Assembly (NCBI RefSeq): GCF_001194135.2
Contig: NC_068990.1
Span: 45,895,879-45,959,878, forward strand
DNA: 64,000 nt
From: Octopus bimaculoides
Lineage: Eukaryota
Direction of reading: 5' to 3'
This document shows positions 1 to 13,667 of the stretch, piece by piece. Every line of letters starts with the position of its first letter. Position 1 is the first letter of the stretch. Below the pieces are notes generated by a model, which saw only the letters and a program-made list of their open reading frames with translations, had not been told where the DNA came from and ran no database searches. Position numbers and translations under genes: made by a program.

Positions 1-878
1 TCTGGACATAGAAAAATCTGCCTCTACAAATCCCATCTGATCCAAGCAAGCACAGAAATGTAGATGTTAAATGGTAATGATGGTCGTGGCAGTGATGATG
101 ACAATGATGGTGATAAAAAATTAGCAGGGTCATTAGACAGGTAGATATAATGCTTTGTGGTAAATCCCAGGTGCAACTGATACTCATTTTTAGCCGAGTG
201 TACTGAAGTAATATAAAGTAAAGTACTTTGCTCAAGGGTACAATGCATTGCTCAGTCTGAGAATTGATTCCACAACCTAATAATTGTGAACCCAACACAC
301 CAACTGCAAAGTCACAGACCTTGACACAAACACACGCATACACACACACACACACACACACACAGACACATGATGGGCTTCTACACAGTTCCTACACAAT
401 TTCATTAGTAAGACTTTAGTCAGCTCTAAGCTATAGAAGAAGATATTTGCCCTAAGTACTTCATAGCAGAATTGAACTTGGAAACCATGTGGTTGTGAAA
501 CAAATTTCCTAAAGCCCATGCCGACATGGAAGGAAGACATTAAACAATGATGATGATGAAACATGCACATGCACTCACTCACTCTCTCTCTCTCACACAC
601 ATACACACACACACACACAAACACATAATGTTAAAGCAATTAAAATAACTATGTCTTCCTAACTTATGTCAACAAAAAATGTTCTGGTTGCTATAAGCAT
701 TTCATAAACAAACAATTGCCTTGTGAATATTTATTGAATAGTTTCATATGAATGTTGTTGTCTATCTTTGCAGACCAACCAGTCATTCTTTAGAAACTTA
801 AACAAGTCAATACAACAATCAAAAAGCTACATGTTCTTAATTTCACCTGCAAAATATGTTCCTTTTAACTACATGTAA

Positions 879-1216
879 TCTATATATATAAAAATGAGAA
901 TGTGTGTCTGTCTGTCTGTCTGTGTGAATCCCTAAAACTCGAGAACTACGCAACCAATTTCATTCAAATTTTACACATGCCTTACTTAGGGTTCCAGTTG
1001 TGTTTTAGTCAAAAAAAATTATTAACTTCTTGCAGAGTTCGAGCACACGGCAACATAATATCTCCTCCATTATTTAAGTATTACGTGTCAAAAGTGAAAC
1101 AAAAACACTCATGTCAAATACTTTCACTTTAAAAATGAAACTATTCCACTAACTGAAACAATCACATTTCGATACTGTAGTGACAGATACTTTCACAGAG
1201 AGAGAAAGAGAGAAAG

Positions 1217-1249
<33 letters not shown>

Positions 1250-2349
1250 TGTATATGTATACATATNNNNNNNNNNNNNNNNNNNNNNNNNNNNNNNNNN
1301 NNNNNNNNNNNNNNNNNNNNNNNNNNNNNNNNNNNNNNNNNNNNNNNNNNNNNNNNNNNNNNNNNNNNNNNNNNNNNNNNNNNNNNNNNNNNNNNNNNNN
1401 NNNNNNNNNNNNNNNNNNNNNNNNNNNNNNNNNNNNNNNNNNNNNNNNNNNNNNNNNNNNNNNNNNNNNNNNNNNNNNNNNNNNNNNNNNNNNNNNNNNN
1501 NNNNNNNNNNNNNNNNNNNNNNNNNNNNNNNNNNNNNNNNNNNNNNNNNNNNNNNNNNNNNNNNNNNNNNNNNNNNNNNNNNNNNNNNNNNNNNNNNNNN
1601 NNNNNNNNNNNNNNNNNNNNNNNNNNNNNNNNNNNNNNNNNNNNNNNNNNNNNNNNNNNNNNNNNNNNNNNNNNNNNNNNNNNNNNNNNNNNNNNNNNNN
1701 NNNNNNNNNNNNNNNNNNNNNNNNNNNNNNNNNNNNNNNNNNNNNNNNNNNNNNNNNNNNNNNNNNNNNNNNNNNNNNNNNNNNNNNNNNNNNNNNNNNN
1801 NNNNNNNNNNNNNNNNNNNNNNNNNNNNNNNNNNNNNNNNNNNNNNNNNNNNNNNNNNNNNNNNNNNNNNNNNNNNNNNNNNNNNNNNNNNNNNNNNNNN
1901 NNNNNNNNNNNNNNNNNNNNNNNNNNNNNNNNNNNNNNNNNNNNNNNNNNNNNNNNNNNNNNNNNNNNNNNNNNNNNNNNNNNNNNNNNNNNGTAGCTGG
2001 TCTTCTCTTGGAAGAGCCCTGCTTCTCACATGGACAACTGTATGTTGTCTGCTCAAGAGTGGGCAGCAAAAAAAAAAACCTATTTGTATATGTTCCACAA
2101 GGGAAAACAAGGAACATAGTTTACAACGAGGTGTTATAATCACAACAGCAAGAAAGTATGTACATGATCACCTTCTTTTACGAAACTTCATTGACTTTCA
2201 TATATTTATATTGATATACATATATATACGTGTGTTTGGGTGCGTGTGTGTATATACATCTCTATATATAAAGATGATGCGTAGTCTAGACGGCGTTTTT
2301 AGATATCATTATTCTCTTTAACCCGGGCAACGCCGGGTATTTCTGCTAG
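879..2349 (+). mobile_element. Helitron, probably non-autonomous or internally deleted (contains an N gap)
   Basis: 5' end A|TCTATATATATAAAAATG at 879. 3' end has a GC hairpin (cccgg-gcaacg-ccggg) followed by tatttctgCTAG|T ending at 2349. Inserted between A and T with no TSD. Contains a helicase C-terminal remnant. Confidence 0.85.
1993..2139 (+). pseudogene. C-terminal end of a Helitron RepHel (PIF1-like) helicase
   Basis: VAGLLLEEPCFSHGQLYVVCSRVGSKKKNLFVYVPQGKTRNIVYNEVL* contains the F-S-H-G-Q-L-Y-V-A-x-S-R-V motif and the K-T-x-N-I-V-Y-x-E-V-L ending typical of Helitron helicases. Upstream sequence is hidden by Ns. Confidence 0.85.
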
Positions 2350-2850
2350 TAGTTAATAAATATCTCGGATATTCTTTTATTCTTTCATATGTTTCTCTCA
2401 TTGGACTGCAGCCGTACTGGTGTACCATCTTGAAGAGTTTAGTGAATTAAGTGAACCCCAGTACTTTTATGTTAAATCTGGCACTTCTTCTATTGATTTC
2501 TTTTAGCCAAACTGTTAATGTATTTCAAAACATAAAAGATGCAAGAGCACATTTGATGCACACCAATTTCAGAAGGGCATATGAACAAAGAAAATTTTTT
2601 TTAGTGCATTAAAGCATATAATATAGGCTCAACTTCTCATGTAGGTACCAGGGTGATTTTTTCTGAGGCATTTTTCTAGGGGAAAAAATGCATTTTATGC
2701 GTCATCAAATACGGTATGTTACAAGACTGAAAACAACCAAAAGATGGTGAGAGACAAATAAATACAAAAATGCATACACACACACACACGCACACACACA
2801 CACACACGCATACACACATAAACCAGCAGCACCAACAACAGAACCCATCA

Positions 2851-2904
<54 letters not shown>

Positions 2905-4294
2905 TATATATCTGCATCTGTGTGTCATTGTGTTTGTTCCCATCACTACCACTTGACAACCAGCGTTGGTTTGTTTACATCTTCATAACTTAACAGCATG
3001 CACAAGAAGCCAAATGAATGAATAAATACTACTTTAAAAAAAAAGTACTAGGGTTAATTTATTCAACTAAATCCTCTCAAAGTAGTGCTCTAGCATGGCC
3101 ACAGTCTAATGGTTGGAACAAGTGAAAACATATCAAGCAACCATTTCCTTGAAACTAATCTAAAAACTGGAATTTCTTTCTGAATTCAATTTGTTTGTTT
3201 GTTTTATTATTGTCATGTGTAACAGCTAATACTTTCCTGATCTGCAACTTGCCAACAGGGATATAAGAGGAAATTGGGTTACAGGGTAACAAAAATACTC
3301 ATTAAAAAAAAAATACCTAATTGTTGTCACAGAAACAAACCTATTTGGTTCTATTTAATTGCTAATTACATTTGCATCAAGCTTTTGAAAATCAACCCAA
3401 TTCTTTTCACTGTATTAAATGTTTTCATTTTACCCCCACCCCACCACCAACACTGCCCACCCATCCATCAGTCTATCTAGCTTTATGTTTATCAGCTTTC
3501 AACTCTCTCTCTCTCCTTTCTTTGTTAATCAGTGGTTTTATTCCAAATTTTAATAGTAACTTTGAAAAACTAGTATAACTCATTTGACATCCCCTTACCG
3601 ATCTTTGGATTTGTCTGTGCCACATACTTGGTTAATAACATACACTATATCTCTACTATGGACACTCTGTCATTTATGACAATGAGGGTTTCCAGTGGAT
3701 CTGATCAACAGAACAGCCTGCTTGTGAAATTAACTTGCAAGTGGCTGAGTACTCCACAGAAATGCATACCCTTCATGCAGTTCTCAAGGAGATTCAGCTT
3801 GACACAGAATGTGACAAGGCTGGCCCTTTGAAATACAGGCACCACTTATTTTTGCCAGCTGAGTAGACTGAAGCAACATGTAATAAAATGTCCTGCTCAA
3901 GGACACAACATGCTGCTGGGAATTGAACTCACGACCTTACAATCATGAGCCAAATACCTTAACTATGAAGCAATGTGCCTTCACTACATACACTATATAC
4001 TTGGCTACTAACATAGCCAACAACTTTTCCCTGAACTTCTATCAGTTTCAACATTGAGAATTCTTAAGTTGATTGAATCAACCCATGTCTATTGGAGTAA
4101 TTTCCCTTTATTCAACGTTTTTTCATAGCGTTTTGTCGTAATAACTGATGAGATGCCGGAGCAGACTTCAGCCCAGGTATGTGAAACTCTGAGTTTTATT
4201 ATGAAAACCAACTAATTGCCACATATTATGTTTATAGATGTATGTATACATATATATACATACACACACACACATATATATGTGTGTGTGTGTG

Positions 4295-4335
<41 letters not shown>

Positions 4336-4963
4336 NNNNNNNNNNNNNNNNNNNNNNNNNNNNNNNNNNNNNNNNNNNNNNNNNNNNNNNNNNNNNNNNN
4401 NNNNNNNNNNNNNNNNNNNNNNNNNNNNNNNNNNNNNNNNNNNNNNNNNNNNNNNNNNNNNNNNNNNNNNNNNNNNNNNNNNNNNNNNNNNNNNNNNNNN
4501 NNNNNNNNNNNNNNNNNNNNNNNNNNNNNNNNNNNNNNNNNNNNNNNNNNNNNNNNNNNNNNNNNNNNNNNNNNNNNNNNNNNNNNNNNNNNNNNNNNNN
4601 NNNNNNNNNNNNNNNNNNNNNNNNNNNNNNNNNNNNNNNNNNNNNNNNNNNNNNNNNNNNNNNNNNNNNNNNNNNNNNNNNNNNNNNNNNNNNNNNNNNN
4701 NNNNNNNNNNNNNNNNNNNNNNNNNNNNNNNNNNNNNNNNNNNNNNNNNNNNNNNNNNNNNNNNNNNNNNNNNNNNNNNNNNNNNNNNNNNNNNNNNNNN
4801 NNNNNNNNNNNNNNNNNNNNNNNNNNNNNNNNNNNNNNNNNNNNNNNNNNNNNNNNNNNNNNNNNNNNNNNNNNNNNNNNNNNNNNNNNNNNNNNNNNNN
4901 NNNNNNNNNNNNNNNNNNNNNNNNNNNNNNNNNNNNNNNNNNNNNNNNNNNNNNNNNNNNNNN

Positions 4964-5038
<75 letters not shown>

Positions 5039-7310
5039 AATCCAAGTTCTGTGTTGCACCTTGCATCACCAGTAGTTAAGTAGAGTGGATAACTCTTTTT
5101 TGTTTTGTTTTGTTATTCCATATTTTGGTGGTTTCACCTTAACACTTGCCAAAGTATTGGCAGGATACTTCACATAGTAGTGGCAGCAGCAGCAGTAGCA
5201 GCAGCAGTAGTGGTAGTAGTAGTAGTAGTAGTAGACTTAATAGACATCCTAGTACTTCCAGTACTTAATTGACACTTTATTTTATTGACACCTTCATCCA
5301 CCCTCTGAAAAGACAAAGTTGACCTCAGTAGGATTTTAACTGAAAATGTAAAGGGAAGTAACAAAATATGACTCCAGTGATTCTCCCAGCCACTGAACTC
5401 ATCCTTCTTATAATAATAATGATAATTTGTTCAACTATAGGCAGGCACAAAGCTATTTAGGGGAAAGGGACAAGTTCATTCCATCAACCTCATGCTCAAC
5501 AGTTACTTTATTTTCTCAGCCATGAAAGGAAGAATGGCAAAGTCAGCTTCAGCAGAATTTGATCTCAGAAAGTAAAGCTGAAAAAATGTCACTAAACATT
5601 TTTTCTGACGTGCTAATGATTCTGCCAGCTTGCTGCTTAATAATAATAATTGTAATAATCCTTTGTACTATAGGTACAAGTCCTGAAATTTTAAGGGAGA
5701 GGGCTAGTTGATTACATTGCCCCTAATGCTTAAGCTGTGCTTATTTATTAACCTTAAAAGGATGAAAAGCTAAGTCAACCTCAGTGGTATTTGAACTCGG
5801 AACATAAAGAGTCAAAAGAAATCCTTTTAAACATTTTCAAAGATATGTTAATGATTTTACAAGCTTACTGCCTTATTGGTTTTAAATTTTGGCACAAGGC
5901 CAGCATTTTTAGGGGACAGCTTAGTTAATTAGATCGATCCCCATAACTTGAGTGGTACTTTATTTTAGTGACCCTGAATGGATGTAAAGTTGACTTGGAG
6001 AATTTGAACTCAGAATATAAAGACCTGCAACAAATACTACAGAGCATTTTTATCAGACCATTTTTATCAATTCTGTGAATCTAGCACCAGAATTGTTGTG
6101 GAGCACAGAGTGACGATAGTCATTCATCACTTGCAATAACAAACAAAAAGCAGTACTTGACTGGTATTTATTTTATCTAAAATGAAACAATGAAAAAATT
6201 AAGGTTGATCTCAGCAGGATTTGAACTCAGAATGATTTCTTTATCTACCGCTGTGGTGACACCAGTACAAAATTTGTTGAGTGCATGCACAGATGAAGAT
6301 AAACATTACACTGTGTATGCACATAAATAAAATGCAAATTTGAAGTCATGCATATAAGCACACATTCACACACACATACACACTGAGAGCCCTTCTAGAC
6401 TATATGAATTTTTCTCACAAGAGAATCTTGTGTCTTCTAAACGAAGCAAAGAAAAGATGTTCCCTGAGTGAAAAGCATGATATAGTTATTCACCACTTCT
6501 ACTCAATTGTTCAGGGATAGTTTCCACTCAACCAATTTCTTAATGAGATTGGTTATCCTGGTTGTACCCTCAATCTAGTTCTTATTCATATGAGAGCTGT
6601 GGCACAAAACATAGAGGAAGGGTTTAACAGTCTACCCTTCTTTGAAATGGTTAAGTAAAGTGCTTCAGAAATCTGCACATCGGAAGGTGGACATTAAATG
6701 ATGACGATGATGATGAATAGTGCTATGGCCACCATTATACTTGCACATCTTCCATCCAGATCTATCAAACAGCTTTCATGTGAATATGTTTTCCTGCATG
6801 AAAAACATGTAAGATATAGTGGAAAGGCATTTCTGTTGTTGCTTGCATGTCAGTTGTCAGGTCTTTCTCACAAGCTTTTTTTTTTTCTTTAGTTATTTAG
6901 TTAATCTACTAATCCTCCTTTCAAATATAATTTTTGTTACACAGCCCCAGGACATCCCTGACTGCACAGACCTATGATCACAGCATTCCAGCTATAATCA
7001 TACCATTTTGTTTTTTTAAGGCAGACTGTATCTAGGAGTACATTCTGCCTCTGTTTTTAAGACTGTAGTACGAGTATTGAGGAATTTAGTTGTTCTTTCT
7101 AGCAGGTTGAGCAACCATGTAGATGCTCCCTCATTGATTTGTTTGAATACAGTATTTTCTTATTCTAGTTTCTTAATGAAAACTAAGCAATTCTACTTTG
7201 TTTGCTTTTTAACCAATCCACTATAATTTATAAAAATGTCTGTGATAAAATTTTTCTATGGTGGAATGAAGTAGATAAAGTTATAAATAAGTGTTTAAAT
7301 ATTTGGTTAA

Positions 7311-7846
7311 CCTTTTAGCATTCAGATTATTCTGTCAAATGTAATGCTTATTGATTCACATTGTTTTCAATTAATCATTTATTTTCTCATAGCTTCAAGG
7401 TTTCAATGATGTGATTGTTTATTTTTAGAATGGGGTAGGTGTGAGAGGCCAGATCTAGCTTAACAGGTAGAATATTTGAGACAGATACGGTCAGTTTAAA
7501 TGCTAAACAGTGGTTCCCAACCGGAGTCCATATAAAATTTTGGTGGATCCATGTAACAAAATAGTAAACTGGAGATCCACAATAATTTTATGGACCCCTG
7601 AAAAAACTTTGCTTTAGATGTACATGTTGGCATTTATTGCAAGAAACAGCTAGGTTTCTTTCTTTAACATTTTATATAGTTCAACCTGCACAAGTTAATG
7701 TGTGAAAAACAAAACAGGAATTTTGAAAGAAGTATCTATAAAACTAGTTTTTAAATCCCAAATGACTATGGTGGGGTCCACCAGAATAAAATAGTAATCA
7801 ATGGGGTCTATAGATGAAAATGGTTGAGAACCCTTGTGCTAAAGGG
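7311..7846 (+). mobile_element. piggyBac-like MITE interrupted by a hAT MITE
   Basis: TTAA|ccttttagcatt ... (aa)tgctaaaggg|TTAA, i.e. short TIRs and a TTAA TSD. An uninterrupted relative is at 55463-55682. Confidence 0.65.
7508..7836. mobile_element. hAT (Charlie-like) MITE
   Basis: TIR cagtggttcccaacc / ggttgagaacccttg. The target tgctaaa is duplicated on both sides (7-8 bp). Confidence 0.7.
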
Positions 7847-8205
7847 TTAAAAAACTCTTTGGATGGAAAAAAAGGTAAAGGTTGCCAGAGGGACACAAAC
7901 TCATATCTTTTGTAAATGTTTCAGGTTTTTAAAATAAGTACACCTTACCCCTGGACTTTGATAATTTAAGGTGAAGGAAAGCATATTTATTTTTAGGGTC
8001 ATAAGAGTTATAGGAAAATATACTTCTTTATTATTCAGTAGTGTGACTTAGTTCCCAAGGTTCATTTGGATTTGGTGACCTTAACAACAAAACATAAACA
8101 CCTTCCTATTATTACAAATGATCCCAATGAAAAGAATGAAAATATCAGGTCTGGAAAAAAAACAAAAAAACACAAGGCCTAAAAGCAAAAAAGAAAACAA
8201 AACAA

Positions 8206-8227
8206 CACCACCACCACCACCACCACC

Positions 8228-8285
<58 letters not shown>
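8206..8285 (+). repeat. Compound microsatellite (CCA)n(CAA)n, representative of dozens of (TA)n, (CA)n, (GA)n and (TAA)n tracts
   Basis: Directly visible. Most N gaps in the window are bounded by such tracts. Confidence 0.95.
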
Positions 8286-8286
<1 letters not shown>

Positions 8287-10831
8287 AAAGAAAGCCCAGC
8301 CTCAAGCAACACATTCCTAATTCCTATTTTCTTTGCTAAGATTTTTCCCTTACACTATGGTTGTCACAGTTAACAGCTTGATCTGGCTATTGTTTAAGAG
8401 ATGACAGGTCAATAGGTTGTTGTCATGATTTTAAAGGGTGATGATGAAAGCAAAACAACTGGAACTTAAGGCACCTGTAGTGTTGTTGTTTTCTTTGTCA
8501 TATGGGGAGAGAGAGAGAGATAGGGAGACCTAGTATTATTGGAGTGTCAGTGAACACTGTTATGGGGTAAAGGTGGGAGGGAGGTCAAATTCATTAGGTT
8601 CATTATGAAGGACCCAATGTTGTAGCTTCCTGTTACAAGATGATTGTAATTTGTGTGGTGTGTTTGTGTCAGTGTATGTTGCTTTAAACATTTGTTCCTT
8701 CTCACCTATTTTGTTAATATTTCTGTTGGGGGCTAGATGAACATATATTTAGATAAGGTGATGGGGAAATAAGATTGGTTTCTTTTTTTTTTTGTTCCTT
8801 TNNNNNNNNNNNNNNNNNNNNNNNNNNNNNNNNNNNNNNNNNNNNNNNNNNNNNNNNNNNNNNNNNNNNNNNNNNNNNNNNNNNNNNNNNNNNNNNNNNN
8901 NNNNNNNNNNNNNNNNNNNNNNNNNNNNNNNNNNNNNNNNNNNNNNNNNNNNNNNNNNNNNNNNNNNNNNNNNNNNNNNNNNNNNNNNNNNNNNNNNNNN
9001 NNNNNNNNNNNNNNNNNNNNNNNNNNNNNNNNNNNNNNNNNNNNNNNNNNNNNNNNNNNNNNNNNNNNNNNNNNNNNNNNNNNNNNNNNNNNNNNNNNNN
9101 GGGGGCTATTTTAACTTTCTTTTTCAGCTGTTGTTGTTATTTTTAGTTGTGTGGCCTGCCTGATGAGTCATATCTCATATAGCCTACTTCTCAAAAAAAA
9201 AAGGCTGCCTATGCCTGGTCCCTATCATCAACCCCAATATTTGACTGGTACTTTATTTTATCAACCTCAAAAGGATGAAAGGGAAACTGACCCCAGCAAG
9301 ATTTAAAGCCCCAAGAAAAAGTGCCAGAGGATGTACATCAATAAATAATAGTACTATTGGTAACAAATAATACTTTTACTATAGACACAAGGCCTGAAAT
9401 TTTGGGGGAGGGAACTAGTTGATTCGAGTGACCCCAGTGCTCAACTGGTGCTTATTTTATTGACCCTGAAAGTATGAAAGGGAAGATTGAACTCAGTAGA
9501 ATTTCAACTGAGCATGCAAAGCCAGAAAAAATGCTGCTTAGCATTTTGCCTAGCATGCTAATGATTCTGCCAGTTTGGTGCGTTAAGGACAATGATAAAT
9601 AATGACAATAAGATTGTATCTAATACAGGCCATGGCCAGAAATTTTTGGAGGAGAAAAATGTTCAATAATTCTTTAACTTGTACTTTATTTATTGACCCC
9701 AAAATTTTTAAACCTCCAAATTTAAGGATATGCACTATGCACAAGTGCCAAATGTTACCCATGTTTTCCTAGTTCCAAGTGTGTGATCACATTTCAAATG
9801 GTAGGACCTGAAGTAAGTTATATCTGTTGTCCGAGTTAACTGAGATGTATATACAGTCTGGCACTCTGTTGCTTATGACAATGAGGGTTCCAGTTGATCG
9901 GATCAGTGGAACAGACTGCTCGTGAAAGTAATGTACAAGTGACTGAGCCCTCCACAGACATGCATACTGTATACTATTAATGTAGTTTTCAGGGAGATTC
10001 AGCATGACAAGGCTGGCCCTTTGAAACACATGTACAACTTATTTTTGTCAGCTGAGTGTACTGGAGCAACATGAAATAAGACATCTTACTCAAGAACACA
10101 ACATGCTTGTGGGTATTGACCTTATGACTTTATGATCAAGAGCAAAATACCCTAACCACAAAGCCTTCATACATGTATATATAACAAACAGTTTAAATCA
10201 CAATAATAATGCTAAACTTTTCTATGATAGCAATGATATATTATAAAGATCTAAATTTTATACTGATGGTGAATACAATATTTACGATAGCTACCATGCA
10301 TGGTTGCCCACGTTGGAGATCATATCGATCAATGTCTAACAAAATTTTGCTCATTTTGTTGATATGAAGTAAAATCAGATAATAAAAAGTGACAATGGTA
10401 GCAATAAAACATTTTTTGTTTTGCTTGTTTTGTTTTTGTTTTTTGTTTTCTTTTCCCATCTAGACAGAAATTTGTACTATAAATACAATTTCAACATAGT
10501 TTATATCCCTTGAAATTACAGATGAAACACTGTGCGAAGAGGCTTAATTTAAATTTCTTTTAATTTTTGAAAATTTGAAATGTTATGTTTCAGAATATTA
10601 AAATTCTGAATTAAAAAAATTTCCTAACAAAAAATTTTGAATAATTTGTTTTTTAAATTAAAAACAAAAGCATTTTGCTAGATCTTGAATGTCTAATGTT
10701 TAAAATTTCTTAACTCCAAAGACATTTTCTTTAACATGCATGATAAAATTATTGGAGAAATTTTATAAATCTATGCTTGCGAGAATAAATGGTGAAATGT
10801 ATCACTGTAAAATAAATTTTGTGTATAAAGC

Positions 10832-11160
10832 GATGTCAAAGGTCAGTAAGGTCTCGTCTACATTTTCAATTTGTTGCAGGATGATGCCATTGCAAATGGA
10901 TGAAATGCTAAAATTCATTTAACTCATCTTTGAAAAACTTTCTTGTTCTGTTGAGTTTAAGAGACTTTATGCTATGTAAGTCCAGCAACGAAATGTCTCT
11001 CCATTAAGCAATGACTTCACCAAGTACTGGCTTTGAGGGCATTGATCCATTATCTTGAGATATACGCTAGCAGTACTGATTCCAGTACAGGCTGTTCTGC
11101 ATTTCTTCATTCATTCAATCAGCTCTTTTTCCAACTTCAGAAATGTTGCATACTCTCCTA
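10832..11160 (-). pseudogene. pogo/Tc2-like transposase fossil (CENP-B-type HTH through the first catalytic D)
   Basis: Fragments across frameshifts: FLKLEKELIE*MKKCR..GISTASV; KAST(W)...MERH; QQIENVDETLLTFD, versus the pogo consensus QI.NMDETP..FD. Confidence 0.7.
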
Positions 11161-11809
11161 TATCTGCCTTCTTTCAACTTCAATATGTATTGAAATCTAA
11201 ATTTGTTTTTGGATCATAATCAAATGCTTTTAAACTCAGAACATCTAAAATAATGATGATTAGCTGCCTGCTTCCCATTTCCCTCTGTAGCTGTCCCTAA
11301 TTATTTTTTACACTACAAGCTAGTTTCAGTCAAGGAAATTTTCCCATTGACTGAGGACCAGGAGCATAACAAAACAATAAAATTCATAATACATCCTTTA
11401 ATTATGACCTATGTGATATATGTATATTACATATATAATGCAAAAAACACCCTGCAGACTGCAAAAGTCAATAAAACAGAATTATGATTTTAAAATTTAT
11501 TTTTCCTGTGTGGCCCAGCACCAAATGATTCACAGCCCAGGGGTTGGGGACCCTTTTTCAGTGTCTTATTGCATGACATGTTCTAGTAGAACTAATAAAA
11601 AAATAAGAAAGATAGTTTTTGAATTTGCTTCATTTAAGATGTATGAATAAATCTGACTAAACATAGATTGTAATACAAAAAAAGGGGCAATGTGTATACA
11701 TGAATGCATGTACCATAATCAAGTGTGCCTGCGTTCACTTTGCTTGGCAACAAGAGTTGCTGATGTCGATAAATGATGATATTTATTTGATTAAATATAT
11801 TTGTATATT

Positions 11810-12090
11810 GTGAAGGCACATGGCTTAGTGGTTAGGGTTTTTGCACTCATGATTTCAAGATTGTGGTTTTGATTCCCACACCAGTGGTGCATTGTGTTCT
11901 TGAGCAAAATATTTCACTTTAAGTTGCTCCAGTCCACAAAAGTCTAAATGGGTAACCCTGCAACAAACTGATGTTCCATTCAGGGGGAACGTTGGCTTGC
12001 CTGCTTAGTCAGCAACATGGCATCATTCAAAAGTTAAAATGTGAGGAAGCACATTGTGACCAGTAGTGTATAACTATATCTGATAGTCTG
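11810..12090 (+). mobile_element. SINE family C (tRNA-derived)
   Basis: A-box-like tggcttagtgg and B-box-like ggtttttgattcc, followed by ttgtgttcttgagcaa...gttgctccagtcca. Other copies at about 3660-3985 (-), 9855-10170 (-), 31225-31490 (+), 49995-50225 (+), 51125-51260 (-) and 51905-52050 (-). Confidence 0.75.
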
Positions 12091-12108
12091 GTTGAAACAA
12101 TGATGTAC

Positions 12109-12161
<53 letters not shown>

Positions 12162-13095
12162 ACAAAATTACCTGAATAATACAAAAAGTTATGAAAGCTT
12201 TGACTGAAAAAACTACAATGCTAAGGAATTTTTTTGACATTGCCAGTATACCTGCAACACACTGTTGCAGTTGTCTATAATCAGGAAAAACAGGCCTGCC
12301 TACTTGACTCAATATTAGGCATTAGAATTTATTGAATGTCATTTGTGAAAACTACTCAAACTGGAAATTATAACTGAACAAGGGTGAATGTTAAGAGTGG
12401 AATCAGGATATTTGCTTAATTCTTGGTACAATGATGATGATGGTAGTGATGACAATTCAACCTATGCAATCTCATTTGGAGACTCAATCAATAGAGTCCA
12501 CTTATTCCTTTTTTCCATCAACATAAAGGAGAAAATCATCCCAGTCACAGTGCTCTTCATTTTGAAGTTACATACATATTCATTGTGCATTTCAGTTTTG
12601 TCACAGTCTTTCAAAATGAAGAACGGATCTTAACTAAATTCACGATAGCAGCTCTTTCTCAGCTCTGTCAGTATTCTTTAAAACAAGTAGTGTCTACTGA
12701 AAATCACTTAGAAACACGTAACCTTGCAACTATTAGGCACATCATTTTGTAAATGATCAAAAACTATCAACAACTTCAAACAAATTGACACCTGGACATT
12801 TGTATCCAGACATTTTCATTCCAACAGATGAAACCACAGATTTGAATTATTGCTTTAAGTTTGCTTTGACATCAATATTGAATATTTGTGATGGGTGGCA
12901 GTAGCCATCAATGGGAAAATTAACACAGCTGAGTTCAACTTAGAAAGAGACTTGGTGCTACAATTATGATGTATTTTTGAAGGGGTTTAGCAAATAGATA
13001 GAACTAGAATGTGATATAGAAAAGGAAACCAATCTTAAAATTTACTTAACTGAGAGCTTATTTGTTACACTTCAGTACTCACAATAGAACACACA

Positions 13096-13136
<41 letters not shown>

Positions 13137-13667
13137 TTACACTGTTTCCCCTCTATCAAATTCATTCACAATGCATCGGTCAGCCTAGGGCTGATAGTAC
13201 AAGATACTTGCCCAAAGTGCCACACAATATAACTGAACCTGGAACAATGTGTTTACAAAGCTAGCTTCTTAAACCACACAGGAAGATCTTAAGAAGACCA
13301 TGAATGTTCTTCTTTAGATTACTACTTTTGTAAGAATTCAGCTGTGATGTTGTTTAGCCATAGGTCAACCTTGAGAGAAACCAAATAGGCTTATGATCAA
13401 AGGTTGAGTGACCTCTTACAAGTTTACAAATTCCCTTTGTTGGCTCAATTGTAGCTTAGTGGATTAAGATACTGGCTGCATCCTCATAACAAATAAATTT
13501 ACAGATCAATATCCTGTCTGAACAGCAGAGAGAAACATATATATAAAACATAAAGACAGTGGAAAAATCAAACCCTGCCTCCACTCCACTTTGCAAATGA
13601 GCCAAAACATTTCTTATACTGCCAATGCAAACAATTCTACCAATACATTTAGGAAATGCACACTCAC

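Noticed and set aside
11810-11885. tRNA-like A/B boxes in SINE heads
   Set aside because: No complete cloverleaf; they continue into SINE bodies, so they are not tRNA genes.
12034-12312. Minus-strand ORF just downstream of the PLK exon, with a cag|gtaa site
   Set aside because: No frame resembles the expected next PLK exon.
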